A DNA stretch of 50,623 nt, taken from contig CAZVQC010000006.1 of NCBI GenBank assembly GCA_964629225.1, forward strand, positions 1 through 50,623, given 5' to 3'. Below are positions 8,874-17,938 of the stretch, one piece after another. The first letter of the stretch is position 1; the number at the start of each line of letters is the position of its first letter. Source of the DNA: an uncultured Ruminococcus sp. GTDB taxonomy: Bacteria > Bacillota > Clostridia > Oscillospirales > CAG-272. Below the pieces are notes generated by a model. The model was given only the letters and a program-made list of their open reading frames with translations. It searched no databases and was not told the origin of the DNA. The position numbers were made by a program, and so were the translations under genes.

Positions 8874-10361
8874 TCAGTTTGCGTGGTAGAGCTTCTTGGT
8901 CTGGTAAAGAGGCTCGTTTGTCAGGTGGATACCGAGTTTTGAAAAAACGTTGGCATCTACCTGGGAGAGTATCACGGAGGAGTGCATTTCGCATCCCTTC
9001 AGTTTTTCAAGCTGGTGGATGGCGCGGTCTGCATTTTCATCGGTGAGAGCACAGATGGAGAGAGCTATCAGTATCTCGTCCGTGTGGAGTCTCGGATTGT
9101 GATTGCCGAGATGATCCACCTTGAGGTGCTGTATGGGGGCTATTATCTCGGGGGATATCAGGTGGATATCGTCGTCGATCTCCGCAAGCTCTTTAAGTGC
9201 GTTGAGAAGCAGAGCGGAAGATGCTCCGAGGAGCTTTGTGGTCTTTCCGGTGATGATTTTTCCGGATGGAAGCTCAAGCGCTGACGCAGGAGCCTCCGTA
9301 GCCTCTGCTTTGTCGAGAGCCGCCTTGACTACGGGACGGTCGTCGGGGGTGATGTTCGCCTGCTTCATGACGATGCGGCACTTGGAGATGACCTCCTCAC
9401 CGACAAGTCCCTTTCGGACATCGCAAAGGGCTCTGTAGTAGCGTCTTATTATCTCATCGTTGGCCGCTTTTCTGCAGGCCTCATCGTCGGTGATGCAGTT
9501 GCCTGCCATGTTGACTCCCATGTCGGTAGGTGACTTGTAGGGGGACTCACCGAGGATCTGCTCAAACATTGCATTGAGAACGGGGAATATCTCCACGTCA
9601 CGGTTGTAGTTGACCGTGGTCTCGCCGTAGGCCTCAAGATGGAAGGGGTCGATCATGTTGATGTCGTTAAGATCTGCGGTGGCGGCTTCATATGCCAAGT
9701 TCACCGGGTGTTTCAAGGGGAGGTTCCAGATCGGGAAGGTCTCGAATTTGGCGTATCCCGCCTTGACTCCCCGCTTGTTCTCATGGTAGATCTGGGAGAG
9801 ACAGGTAGCCATCTTTCCGCTTCCGGGGCCGGGGGCGGTGATGACCACGAGCTTTCTTTCGGTCTCAATGTACTCGTTCTTGCCGTAGCCCTTTTCGCTG
9901 ACCACAAGTTCGATGTCCTCCGGGTAGGACTCTATTATGTAATGGCGGTAGACTTTGACTCCAAGCCCCTCAAGTTTTGTTTGGAACGCCTCTGCAGCCG
10001 CCTGTCCGTTAAAGCAGGTGAGCACGACACTTCCCACGTAGAGACCGACTCCCCTGAAGGCGTCAATAAGTCTCAAAACGTCGGCGTCATAGGTGATACC
10101 AAGGTCTCCCCTTATCTTGTTTTTCTCAATGTCGAAGGCATTGATAACGATGACTATTTCCGCCTCGTCCTTGAGCTGAAGCAACATCTGAAGCTTGCTG
10201 TCGGGCTTGAACCCGGGAAGTACTCTCGATGCATGGAAATCGTCAAAGAGTTTTCCGCCGAATTCAAGGTAGAGCTTTCCTCCGAATCGGTCGATCCTGT
10301 CCCTTATGTGTTTCGATTGCATCGCAAGATATTTGTCATTGTCAAAGCCGTTTTTTACCAT
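8874..10361 (-). CDS. DUF1846/UPF0371 family protein
   Basis: About 495 aa starting MVKNGFDNDKYLAMQSKHIRDRI. GGAGG RBS 6 nt upstream of the ATG at 10361. Confidence 0.7.
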   Translation of the reverse strand: MVKNGFDNDKYLAMQSKHIRDRIDRFGGKLYLEFGGKLFDDFHASRVLPGFKPDSKLQMLLQLKDEAEIVIVINAFDIEKNKIRGDLGITYDADVLRLIDAFRGVGLYVGSVVLTCFNGQAAAEAFQTKLEGLGVKVYRHYIIESYPEDIELVVSEKGYGKNEYIETERKLVVITAPGPGSGKMATCLSQIYHENKRGVKAGYAKFETFPIWNLPLKHPVNLAYEAATADLNDINMIDPFHLEAYGETTVNYNRDVEIFPVLNAMFEQILGESPYKSPTDMGVNMAGNCITDDEACRKAANDEIIRRYYRALCDVRKGLVGEEVISKCRIVMKQANITPDDRPVVKAALDKAEATEAPASALELPSGKIITGKTTKLLGASSALLLNALKELAEIDDDIHLISPEIIAPIQHLKVDHLGNHNPRLHTDEILIALSICALTDENADRAIHQLEKLKGCEMHSSVILSQVDANVFSKLGIHLTNEPLYQTKKLYHAN

Positions 10362-10532
10362 AATTCCTCCAAGACCCTTTTTAATCACATTCACCGCTCA
10401 ATTATACAATACAATTTTCCCTTTTTCAACAATCGGAGACGATTTTTTTTGACAAAAGAGGTACAAATTTTTTCAGCCTGCGATGTGCAAAGAGCCGAAA
10501 AATAAAAAACGCCGTGAATGTTTTCAACCCTC

Positions 10533-10565
10533 CGTTGACTTTTGGTGGCGCTAACGCTATAATGG
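10533..10565 (+). promoter_or_regulatory. consensus sigma-70 promoter for the MATE gene
   Basis: TTGACT-N17-TATAAT, ~45 nt upstream of the TTG start (coordinates ±2). Confidence 0.5.
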
Positions 10566-10607
10566 AATGACACACTAACGCTCAAGCGGTATCAGAGGCG
10601 ATTAAAT

Positions 10608-12011
10608 TTGTTGCAAATAGGAAAAAACAGCAAAAAAACCAAGAGGGATCTGGGATCTTCGGGGATCTGCGAGGGACCTCTTGCTGTCAATATGTTGGTC
10701 TACACGCTGCCGGTCATCGCATCCGGTGTGCTCCAGCTTCTTTTCAATGCGGCGGACTCCATAGTAGTGGGACGTTACGCCGACAGCACCGCCCTTGCGG
10801 CGGTTGGCTCCACCGGGTCACTTGTGTGCCTTATCGTCAACCTCCTCGTGGGGCTTTCGGTGGGTGCAAGCGTGGATATAGCCCACGCATGGGGCGCTCA
10901 TGACGACAGAGGTATCAGCGAATCCGTCCATACGTCTCTTTTGACGGCGTTCATAGGCGGTATTGCGGTCGGCATATTCGGCTTCTTTGCTTCAAGGGGA
11001 TGCCTTGAACTCATGTCGACACCGGCGGATATTATCGACCAGGCAACGCTCTATATGAAGATCTACTTCCTCGGTCTGCCCGCAATGATGGTTTACGATT
11101 TTTCCTCCTCGATACTGAGGAGCACGGGAGATACGAAGCATCCGCTGATATTCCTCCTTGCGGGCGGTGTTATCAACGTGGTGCTCAATCTTGTTTCCGT
11201 CATAGTGTTCGGAATGGGAGTGGCGGGAGTCGCCATAGCGACGGTGGTGTCTCAGATCATCTCCGCAGTGCTCTCCATCATCCATCTGATGAAGGTGGAC
11301 GGTCCCCACAGATTCAGTTTTTCAAAGCTCAAGATATCAAAAAACAGACTGAAAAAGCTCCTCGTAGTCGGCATACCGGCAGGACTTCAGGGGACGGTCT
11401 TCTCAATATCCAATGTGGTTATCCAGTCCTCCATCAATTCCTTCGATTCCGTCTGCGTCACCGGAAGCAGTGCGGGAAATAACATCGAGGGCTTCATCTA
11501 CATTGCCATGAACGCCTTTTACCACACCGCTCTCACTTTCGTAGGTCAGCACGTGGGAGCCGGGAAGACCAAGAGGTTGAAGAAGGTAGTCTACCTTTGT
11601 CTTGCCTATGTTACCGCCACCGGCGTGATACTCGGACTTCTCGCCTTTGTTTTCAAGATCCCGCTTCTTGAGATCTACATTCCGAACGATCCGGCGGCGG
11701 TGGTCCATGGAGTCCGCCGTATGACGGTCATATGCACCACTTACTTTTTGTGCGGACTGATGGATACCATGACCGGATGCCTGAGAGGGCTTGGCTCATC
11801 GGTCAGCCCCGCCGTGATAACCATGGTGGGAGCCTGCGGCATTCGGATACTTTGGATAATGACGGTATTTCAAATGTGGCACACCGAGACGGTGCTCTAC
11901 ATATCCTATCCGGTCTCATGGCTCCTTACCTTTGCGGCGGAGTTTGTCGCATATCTTATCGTCAAAAAGAAGCTTTTCAAAAAACTTTCGGCAATGCCCG
12001 ACCACAGATAA
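10608..12011 (+). CDS. MATE-family multidrug/oligosaccharide efflux transporter
   Basis: 467 aa and 12 predicted TM helices. N-terminus EGPL..N.L.Y.LP......LQ.L.N..DS.VVG is typical of the MATE family. Confidence 0.8.
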   Translation: MLQIGKNSKKTKRDLGSSGICEGPLAVNMLVYTLPVIASGVLQLLFNAADSIVVGRYADSTALAAVGSTGSLVCLIVNLLVGLSVGASVDIAHAWGAHDDRGISESVHTSLLTAFIGGIAVGIFGFFASRGCLELMSTPADIIDQATLYMKIYFLGLPAMMVYDFSSSILRSTGDTKHPLIFLLAGGVINVVLNLVSVIVFGMGVAGVAIATVVSQIISAVLSIIHLMKVDGPHRFSFSKLKISKNRLKKLLVVGIPAGLQGTVFSISNVVIQSSINSFDSVCVTGSSAGNNIEGFIYIAMNAFYHTALTFVGQHVGAGKTKRLKKVVYLCLAYVTATGVILGLLAFVFKIPLLEIYIPNDPAAVVHGVRRMTVICTTYFLCGLMDTMTGCLRGLGSSVSPAVITMVGACGIRILWIMTVFQMWHTETVLYISYPVSWLLTFAAEFVAYLIVKKKLFKKLSAMPDHR

Positions 12012-12036
12012 CATCAAAAGAAAGGTACTCACCGAT

Positions 12037-14157
12037 ATGAAGAACATTTTCAAGACAGCACCTTACGAAGAAAAAGCCAAGGCACTGCTCTCGCAGATGA
12101 CTCTCGAAGAGAAGATAGGTCAGCTCGTCCTCTACGGTTCAATGAGCAAATTGAATCTTGACGACATGAGGGCGGGTAAGATCGGAGCACTGCTCAATGT
12201 GCCGGACGTGGCAACGGCAAACAGAATGCAAAAGATAGCCTTCGAGGAGACGAGGCTCCATATTCCTCTTCTCATCGGTCACGACGTAGTTCACGGAGAC
12301 AGGACTCTGTTTCCCGCCCCCCTTGCGGGAAGCGCATCCTTCGACCTTGAAAGGATCGAGAACGCCGAGGCTGTGGCGGCTGAGGAAGCCTACCATGAGG
12401 GCATAAACTGGATCTACTCTCCCATGATAGATATCGCCCGTGATCCCCGTTGGGGAAGGATAGCCGAGGGAGCCGGAGAGGACAAGTTCTACGGTTCGAA
12501 GGTCGCCGCCGCAAGAGTAAGGGGATTCCAGAGAGTGAACCCGGAGACGGGATATCCCTTCACTGCCGCATGCTTCAAGCATTATTGCGGCTACGGTCTC
12601 AGCGAAGCGGGACGTGATTACGAGGCCTGCGACATCGGTGAGAGGACTCTCTACGGCGAGTATCTGCCGGTCTACAGGGCGGCTCTTGAGGCGGGCTCGA
12701 TGTCTTGCATGAGTTCCTTCAATACTTTGAACGGCGTTCCCGTCACCGGAAGTCGGTACTATCTCACCGAGCTTCTTCGTGACAAATGGGGCTTTGAGGG
12801 CTTCGTGGTGTCCGACTGGGAGTCGGTGATGGAGCTGATCTACCACAGAGTTGCCGCAAATGATGGAGAAAGCGCCCGTCTTGCCCTCACCGCAGGGTGC
12901 GATATGGACATGCATTCCGGTGTCTACGATAAGAATCTTTTGGCACTTGCGGAAAAAGATGAGGAACTGGTTTCTGCCATTGAGAAATCTGCATTCAGGG
13001 TGCTCTGTGTCAAGTTTGCTTTGGGTCTCTTCGAGGATCCTTACCGTGATGAAGACAATATGAAGTACTTCTTGACGGAGAAGGCCCGTGCCGCATCCCG
13101 TGACATGGAGGTCAACTGCGCAGTGCTCCTTAAGAACCGTGACGGAGTCCTCCCCATCAAGAGAGACGGAAAAAAGTGGCTTTTGACCGGCCCTCTTGCA
13201 GATGCGAAATTTGAAAACATGGGTCTTTGGGGCGGCAGAGGCGATCCTGCCACCGTCGTTACCGTGAAGGAAGCACTTGAGGCGGAAGAGGGCATCACCG
13301 TTGAATACCTCAAGGGCTGTGAATGTGAAGGAAACGACCGCTCCGGTATGAAGGCTGCCGGAAGGATAGCGGCCTCTTGTGACGGTATCATCTACGTTTG
13401 CGGCGAGCCCTGCCAGTGGGCAGGAGAGGGCGGCGGCAGAGTGGATATCTCCCTCGGCTCACCTCAAAGCGACTACCTTAAGATGCTCTCGTCCTTCAAG
13501 AAGCCTCTTGTTACCGTAGTTCTTTCCGCCCGTCCTTTGGTCATTGAAGACGTGGACGAAGCATCCGATGCGGTGCTCTTCGGTTGGAACGGCGGTGTTG
13601 AGATGGGCAACGGCATCAAGACACTTCTCATGGGGGATGAATCTCCTTCGGGAAGACTTCCCGTTACATTCCCCCGTCACACGGGTCAGATACCTCTTTA
13701 CTATGCCAACCTTTCCGGGGGAAGACCCCGTTGGAAGCATCCCAGACGTTACCGTGACTGCGAATCGTCCCCCCTCTACCCCTTCGGATACGGTCTTACT
13801 TACAGCACTGTAGAGTACGGAAACGTGGTGATCGAGAAGAACGAGATCGGGGAGGATGAAGAACTGAAGGCCTCCGTCACCGTTAAGAATACCGGAGACG
13901 TTGCCGTCAAGGAGGTAGTACAAGCCTACTTCAGAGACGTGGTATCGAGTATTGCGACTCCCGAAAAGCGGCTTTGCGGATTTGAAAAGGTGTCCCTTGC
14001 CCCCGGCGAGGAAAAGAACGTTACGTTCACCTTTGACCCCGGCGCATTCTCCTTCATCGGAGAAAAGACGGAGCCGGTCACCGAAAAGGGAGACTTCATC
14101 TTGTTCATAGGAGAGAATTCTCAAACGGAGAACAAAGCGGACTTCAAGATAGTTTGA
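12037..14157 (+). CDS. glycoside hydrolase family 3 beta-glucosidase
   Basis: About 707 aa with GH3 N-domain motifs (IGQL, HYCGYG, SDW) and a C-terminal fibronectin-like domain. No signal peptide, so likely cytoplasmic cellodextrin processing. Confidence 0.85.
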   Translation: MKNIFKTAPYEEKAKALLSQMTLEEKIGQLVLYGSMSKLNLDDMRAGKIGALLNVPDVATANRMQKIAFEETRLHIPLLIGHDVVHGDRTLFPAPLAGSASFDLERIENAEAVAAEEAYHEGINWIYSPMIDIARDPRWGRIAEGAGEDKFYGSKVAAARVRGFQRVNPETGYPFTAACFKHYCGYGLSEAGRDYEACDIGERTLYGEYLPVYRAALEAGSMSCMSSFNTLNGVPVTGSRYYLTELLRDKWGFEGFVVSDWESVMELIYHRVAANDGESARLALTAGCDMDMHSGVYDKNLLALAEKDEELVSAIEKSAFRVLCVKFALGLFEDPYRDEDNMKYFLTEKARAASRDMEVNCAVLLKNRDGVLPIKRDGKKWLLTGPLADAKFENMGLWGGRGDPATVVTVKEALEAEEGITVEYLKGCECEGNDRSGMKAAGRIAASCDGIIYVCGEPCQWAGEGGGRVDISLGSPQSDYLKMLSSFKKPLVTVVLSARPLVIEDVDEASDAVLFGWNGGVEMGNGIKTLLMGDESPSGRLPVTFPRHTGQIPLYYANLSGGRPRWKHPRRYRDCESSPLYPFGYGLTYSTVEYGNVVIEKNEIGEDEELKASVTVKNTGDVAVKEVVQAYFRDVVSSIATPEKRLCGFEKVSLAPGEEKNVTFTFDPGAFSFIGEKTEPVTEKGDFILFIGENSQTENKADFKIV

Positions 14158-14165
14158 TAAGATTA

Positions 14166-14191
14166 GCCCCCGAAGCGAATGCTTCGGGGGC
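14166..14191. terminator. palindromic hairpin GCCCCCGAAGC-gaat-GCTTCGGGGGC (copy 1)
   Basis: Lies immediately 3' of the GH3 stop. An identical copy sits at 14438-14463. Confidence 0.6.
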
Positions 14192-14437
14192 TAATCCTTT
14201 CCGCAGAGCCAAAGGACGTCAGAGCGAGAGAGGCGAAGTTATTTTTTGTGAAAGACGACCGTCGGCGTAGTAGCCTACGGTAGGGAAGGCTTTCGCAAAA
14301 GCGGCCGAAAAACAATGAAAAAGACTTGAGATCGTGATCCAAGTCTCAATGCTTTTGCCGATCTCAAACGGTTTTGACAGATCGGTGCTGACTTGATGCT
14401 TTCAGCCGCGCAAAGAACGAGCCTGTCATCGCTTTGA

Positions 14438-14463
14438 GCCCCCGAAGCGAATGCTTCGGGGGC
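14438..14463. terminator. palindromic hairpin GCCCCCGAAGC-gaat-GCTTCGGGGGC (copy 2)
   Basis: Lies 4 nt 3' of the recombinase stop (minus strand). The 28-nt core AGCCCCCGAAGCGAATGCTTCGGGGGCTA is identical to copy 1. Confidence 0.6.
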
Positions 14464-14467
14464 TATC

Positions 14468-15514
14468 TTATTCTGTATCTTCGTTTTGGAGGGAGGTTGC
14501 TTTCACTCCTGCGGTGGAGCGCTCCTTTGCGAGAGGGTTTTTAGCCATCGCCTTCCGCATTCCTTCGTCGCTTACGTGCGTGTAGATCTGGGTGGTGGTC
14601 AATTGTTCGTGTCCCAAAATGTCCTTCAGCACCCTAATGTCCACCTCTCCGGTCCGGTACATCAGTGTTGCCGCTGTGTGGCGCAGTTTGTGGGTGGAGT
14701 AGCCCTTGGCACGAAGGCCGGACTCGTCAAGGTATTTTTTGACTGTGTACTGTACCGTTTTCGGAGAGATACGCTTGCCTTGGTTGCTGATGAAAAGAGG
14801 CTTTGCGGGATCCTTGCATTTGGCGAGATATTCCCGTCTTTCCGGCAAATAGGCGGTTATTGCCGCCTTGCAGGCATCGTTCAGATAGATGAGCCTTTCT
14901 TTGTTGCCCTTTCCCAGTATCCGCATTTCGGTAATGTCCGGATCGATGTCTCTTTCACTGATGCCGCAGAGCTCGGAGAGACGGATGCCGCAGTTGAGAA
15001 AAAGAGTCAGCATGCAATAGTCACGGTTTCTCGTCTTGCTGGCAACGTCCCTGTCCACCGCCGCAAGAAGAGCGGTGCTTTCATCGACCGTGAGGAATTT
15101 CGGGAGGCTCTTTTTGTATTTCGGGGTCTCGATATCGACGGCGGGACTCTTTTCAAGTTTGTGGACCTTGTTGACGTAGTACCGGTAGAAGGCTTTTATG
15201 GATGAGAGTTTTCTGCTTCTGGTGCGCTCGTTATTGCATCTGGCATCCATTGAGTAGCTGAGATACTCGGTTATCTGCGACGGCTTCACCCTTTCGAAAA
15301 GTTCAAGGTTGACGTCCTTTATCGAGGTCTCGGCAAGAGTATCCTCGGTGGGGTCAAGTCCTGCCTCGGTAAGGCAGAGATATTTTGTAAAAAGCCTCAG
15401 ATCCGTCAGATACTCCTCCACGGTTTTGGCAGAGCATCCTTGGATGGCACGCTTGTAATTTGCAAATTCCCGAATGCAGTCGGGAAACTCGTCAATGTTG
15501 ATGTGGTAAGGCAC
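14468..15514 (-). CDS. tyrosine-type site-specific recombinase (XerC/XerD-like integrase)
   Basis: 348 aa with GTG start after GGGGGTGA. N-terminal SAM-like core-binding domain and a C-terminal catalytic domain with R..HxxR..Y (HKLRHTAAT, LGHEQLTTTQIYTHV). Confidence 0.8.
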   Translation of the reverse strand: MPYHINIDEFPDCIREFANYKRAIQGCSAKTVEEYLTDLRLFTKYLCLTEAGLDPTEDTLAETSIKDVNLELFERVKPSQITEYLSYSMDARCNNERTRSRKLSSIKAFYRYYVNKVHKLEKSPAVDIETPKYKKSLPKFLTVDESTALLAAVDRDVASKTRNRDYCMLTLFLNCGIRLSELCGISERDIDPDITEMRILGKGNKERLIYLNDACKAAITAYLPERREYLAKCKDPAKPLFISNQGKRISPKTVQYTVKKYLDESGLRAKGYSTHKLRHTAATLMYRTGEVDIRVLKDILGHEQLTTTQIYTHVSDEGMRKAMAKNPLAKERSTAGVKATSLQNEDTE

Positions 15515-15786
15515 GCTATCACCCCCGTACTGGCTATTTTAGCACGTTTTATGCGGTTCGTCAAGACAGCTCCTCCTTCGAAGAGGCGGGATAAAAAGAG
15601 GCGGAAGGCAGGTCTTTGGCTGTTTCGGTGGCCTTGCCTAACGGAGATATGAAAGGATGCAGGCGACGGTGACGTTCCGATCTCACTTGCGGCGACGGAT
15701 GAGTTTCAGCCGTTCGCCGAAGGCGTGTCCGGAGGAAACTCAGCCATCGCACCCGGTGCGCATCATGCTTTTTGGGGAAATACTAC

Positions 15787-15818
15787 TTAAAAAAAGCACC
15801 GACACGATCGGTGCTTTT
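15787..15818 (-). terminator. rho-independent terminator after tRNA-Leu
   Basis: GCACCGA-tcgtg-TCGGTGC followed by a T-run on the minus strand, directly 3' of the tRNA. Confidence 0.55.
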
Positions 15819-15903
15819 TGGTGCGGACGAAGGGATTTGAACCCTAACACCGAAAGGTACCGGATCCTAAATCCGGCGCGTCTGCCAGTTCCGCCACGTC
15901 CGC
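15819..15903 (-). tRNA. tRNA-Leu (anticodon TAG)
   Basis: 85 nt. GCGGACG/CGTCCGC acceptor stem; anticodon stem-loop CCGGA-TTTAGGA-TCCGG; long variable arm; GGTTCAAATCC T-loop; encoded CCA. Confidence 0.85.
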
Positions 15904-15913
15904 ATACCTTGTT

Positions 15914-15942
15914 ATGGTAGCACAGCGGAGGCGTTTTGTCAA
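15914..15942 (-). promoter_or_regulatory. putative tRNA-Leu promoter
   Basis: On the minus strand, TTGACA-N17-TACCAT ending 10 nt before tRNA position +1. Confidence 0.4.
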
Positions 15943-16280
15943 GATGCAAGGAGCGATTTTTACGCCTTGTCGGGGAAAGCGTGGGAGAGTTGGTAGAGAT
16001 CGATTTGAAGCGTGTTTGCACGAAAAGGCAAGTTCGGGGTGTGTCAAGATGAAAGTGATATTGCGTTTTACGCAGTGATGAATGATGCAAGATGCGGCGC
16101 TGCGGCGGCATTGCGGTCACTTTTCGCTCTGCGAAAAGCCGCATTGATAAGAGGACATATCCCTCCGTCATCGGGCTTCAACCGATGCCACCTCCCCTTA
16201 GGCAGAGGAGGCTTCGGTGAGGGATCGTTTTCTTGTCAATAGTGGGAAAGTGGGTGCGGCGGTACCGAGTCCACAATCGG

Positions 16281-17924
16281 TCATTCCCCGCTTTCGCTCT
16301 CGTGCCTATGGACTGCGGCGTAGCGCAGGAGCTGTTTTAGAGAGTGGACGCCGAGCTTCGAGTAGATATTCTTGTTATGGAAGCGGACGGTGGACTCTTT
16401 CAGGTCAAGGTAGGTGAGGATGTCTTTTACGGACTTGCCCTCGATGTAGAGCTCCAGTATCTCCTTTTCCTTGCCGGTGAGGGTACTGAGACCTATTTTG
16501 AAGTTTTCGTAGTCAAAGGGGTCTATCTCGTCCTTGCGGGAGTAGGCGAGGCGTTCGTTCTGCTTCACCGTCTCGTCAAATCTGCTTTGAAGCTCGTCGG
16601 CGGCACTTTCCGCATCGGATTTTTCGCGGCGAAGACGGTCAAGTTCCTCCTCGTTCATCCTATCTTGCTCGGCAAGGAATTTGAAAAGGTCATTTATCTC
16701 CGCCGAATACGTCGTGTCGTAGGAGTATTCTTTCTTTCGGATGCTGTCAAGGGCACTCTTGAGGGGCTTCAGATACCGCTTTGCAAAGAAGAGGGACAGT
16801 GCCACAAGGGATACGGTGAAGATGATCGCCAGAAGTACGATCCTCAGTACGTCGACGGATGCCATGTGCTGATAATCGGACTTCGGTATCAGCACACTTA
16901 TTGCCGAGGTGCATCTGCTGGGGCAGAGACGTATCTCCTCGGTAATGCCGATGTACGCCTCGGCCTCTCCCTGATATTCGGTGAGACCGCTGCCGAATGG
17001 AGCCCGTGTGAAGCTGCCGTAGGGCTCGGCGTAATAGGTATTCAAGATGCCGGCACAGAGGGTAGTGGACTCCGACAGAATGAGACCGTCACAGTCCTTT
17101 GAGATGCAGAACAACGCACGGTCAAGTTCGGAGGGCTGGGCGAATATCTGCTTGAAGTAGCCCTCGTTGAGCTCAAAGCCGCATAATCCGTAGAATTCCC
17201 CGTCACGTGACAGAAGGGGGACGGTCATCAGCATAACGTGCTGATCCGTGCCCGGAAGGAGCACTACGTCGGTGATGCGGTAGCTTTGGTTGAGGGGGAA
17301 GGATGCCTCTGACTTAAGCTCCCCGTAATTCGGGAACAGGTCCGTGTTGAACTCAAGCCTCCATTTTCGGTGGGGCATACAGTTGTGATCCTTGCCGGTC
17401 TTGGAAAGGCCGCGGTAGAGCAGCACCCGATTGTCGGATGCCTCAAGGCTGTTGCGCTGAAGGTAGATGCCGGTGCGGGAGGTGTCGGCGTTTTCCACGT
17501 TTGGATTGACATGGGCATCAAGCATTACGAAGACACCGGTGCAGTCGGCTTCAAACAGCTTGTGCCGCGCCGTGTTGATCAGCAATTCCTGAAGGTCTTC
17601 GATGCGTTCCTCGGAGCCGTTCAGATCCCCGATGGTGATATTATTGTCTGTAAGATAGCTTTCAAGTATTTTCGTAGTTTCGTCGGACAGCTGAACGCTC
17701 ATGACGGCAAGACCGTCATAGTAAGTATCTATCTGCCTCTCAAACAGCTCGGTCTGAAATCGGAGAGTATCCGCCAAACGTTTCTTGGTGCCGGTAAAGT
17801 TACCGATGAGGAACAGCCCCGCAATGAGCAGTGCGCAGAGCAGCAATGCCAAGATGCACATATAGCCGAAAAGCTTCCGCCTGAGAGTCAGTTTCCTGCT
17901 TGAATTATAGTCGGACAGTTTCAT
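16281..17924 (-). CDS. membrane-bound LuxR-family one-component regulator with extracytoplasmic sensor domain
   Basis: 547 aa. TM1 (res ~20-41), a ~300-aa periplasmic-side domain, TM2 (res ~352-375), a cytoplasmic coiled-coil, and a C-terminal LuxR/FixJ-type HTH (LTGKEKEILELYIEGKSVKDILTYLDLKESTVRFHNKNIYSKLGV). Confidence 0.7.
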   Translation of the reverse strand: MKLSDYNSSRKLTLRRKLFGYMCILALLLCALLIAGLFLIGNFTGTKKRLADTLRFQTELFERQIDTYYDGLAVMSVQLSDETTKILESYLTDNNITIGDLNGSEERIEDLQELLINTARHKLFEADCTGVFVMLDAHVNPNVENADTSRTGIYLQRNSLEASDNRVLLYRGLSKTGKDHNCMPHRKWRLEFNTDLFPNYGELKSEASFPLNQSYRITDVVLLPGTDQHVMLMTVPLLSRDGEFYGLCGFELNEGYFKQIFAQPSELDRALFCISKDCDGLILSESTTLCAGILNTYYAEPYGSFTRAPFGSGLTEYQGEAEAYIGITEEIRLCPSRCTSAISVLIPKSDYQHMASVDVLRIVLLAIIFTVSLVALSLFFAKRYLKPLKSALDSIRKKEYSYDTTYSAEINDLFKFLAEQDRMNEEELDRLRREKSDAESAADELQSRFDETVKQNERLAYSRKDEIDPFDYENFKIGLSTLTGKEKEILELYIEGKSVKDILTYLDLKESTVRFHNKNIYSKLGVHSLKQLLRYAAVHRHESESGE

Positions 17925-17938
17925 GGTACGTCACCGCC

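Noticed and set aside
9639-10505. 288-aa plus-strand ORF overlapping the DUF1846 gene
   Set aside because: Antisense to a conserved-family gene with a clear RBS and start. No independent support.
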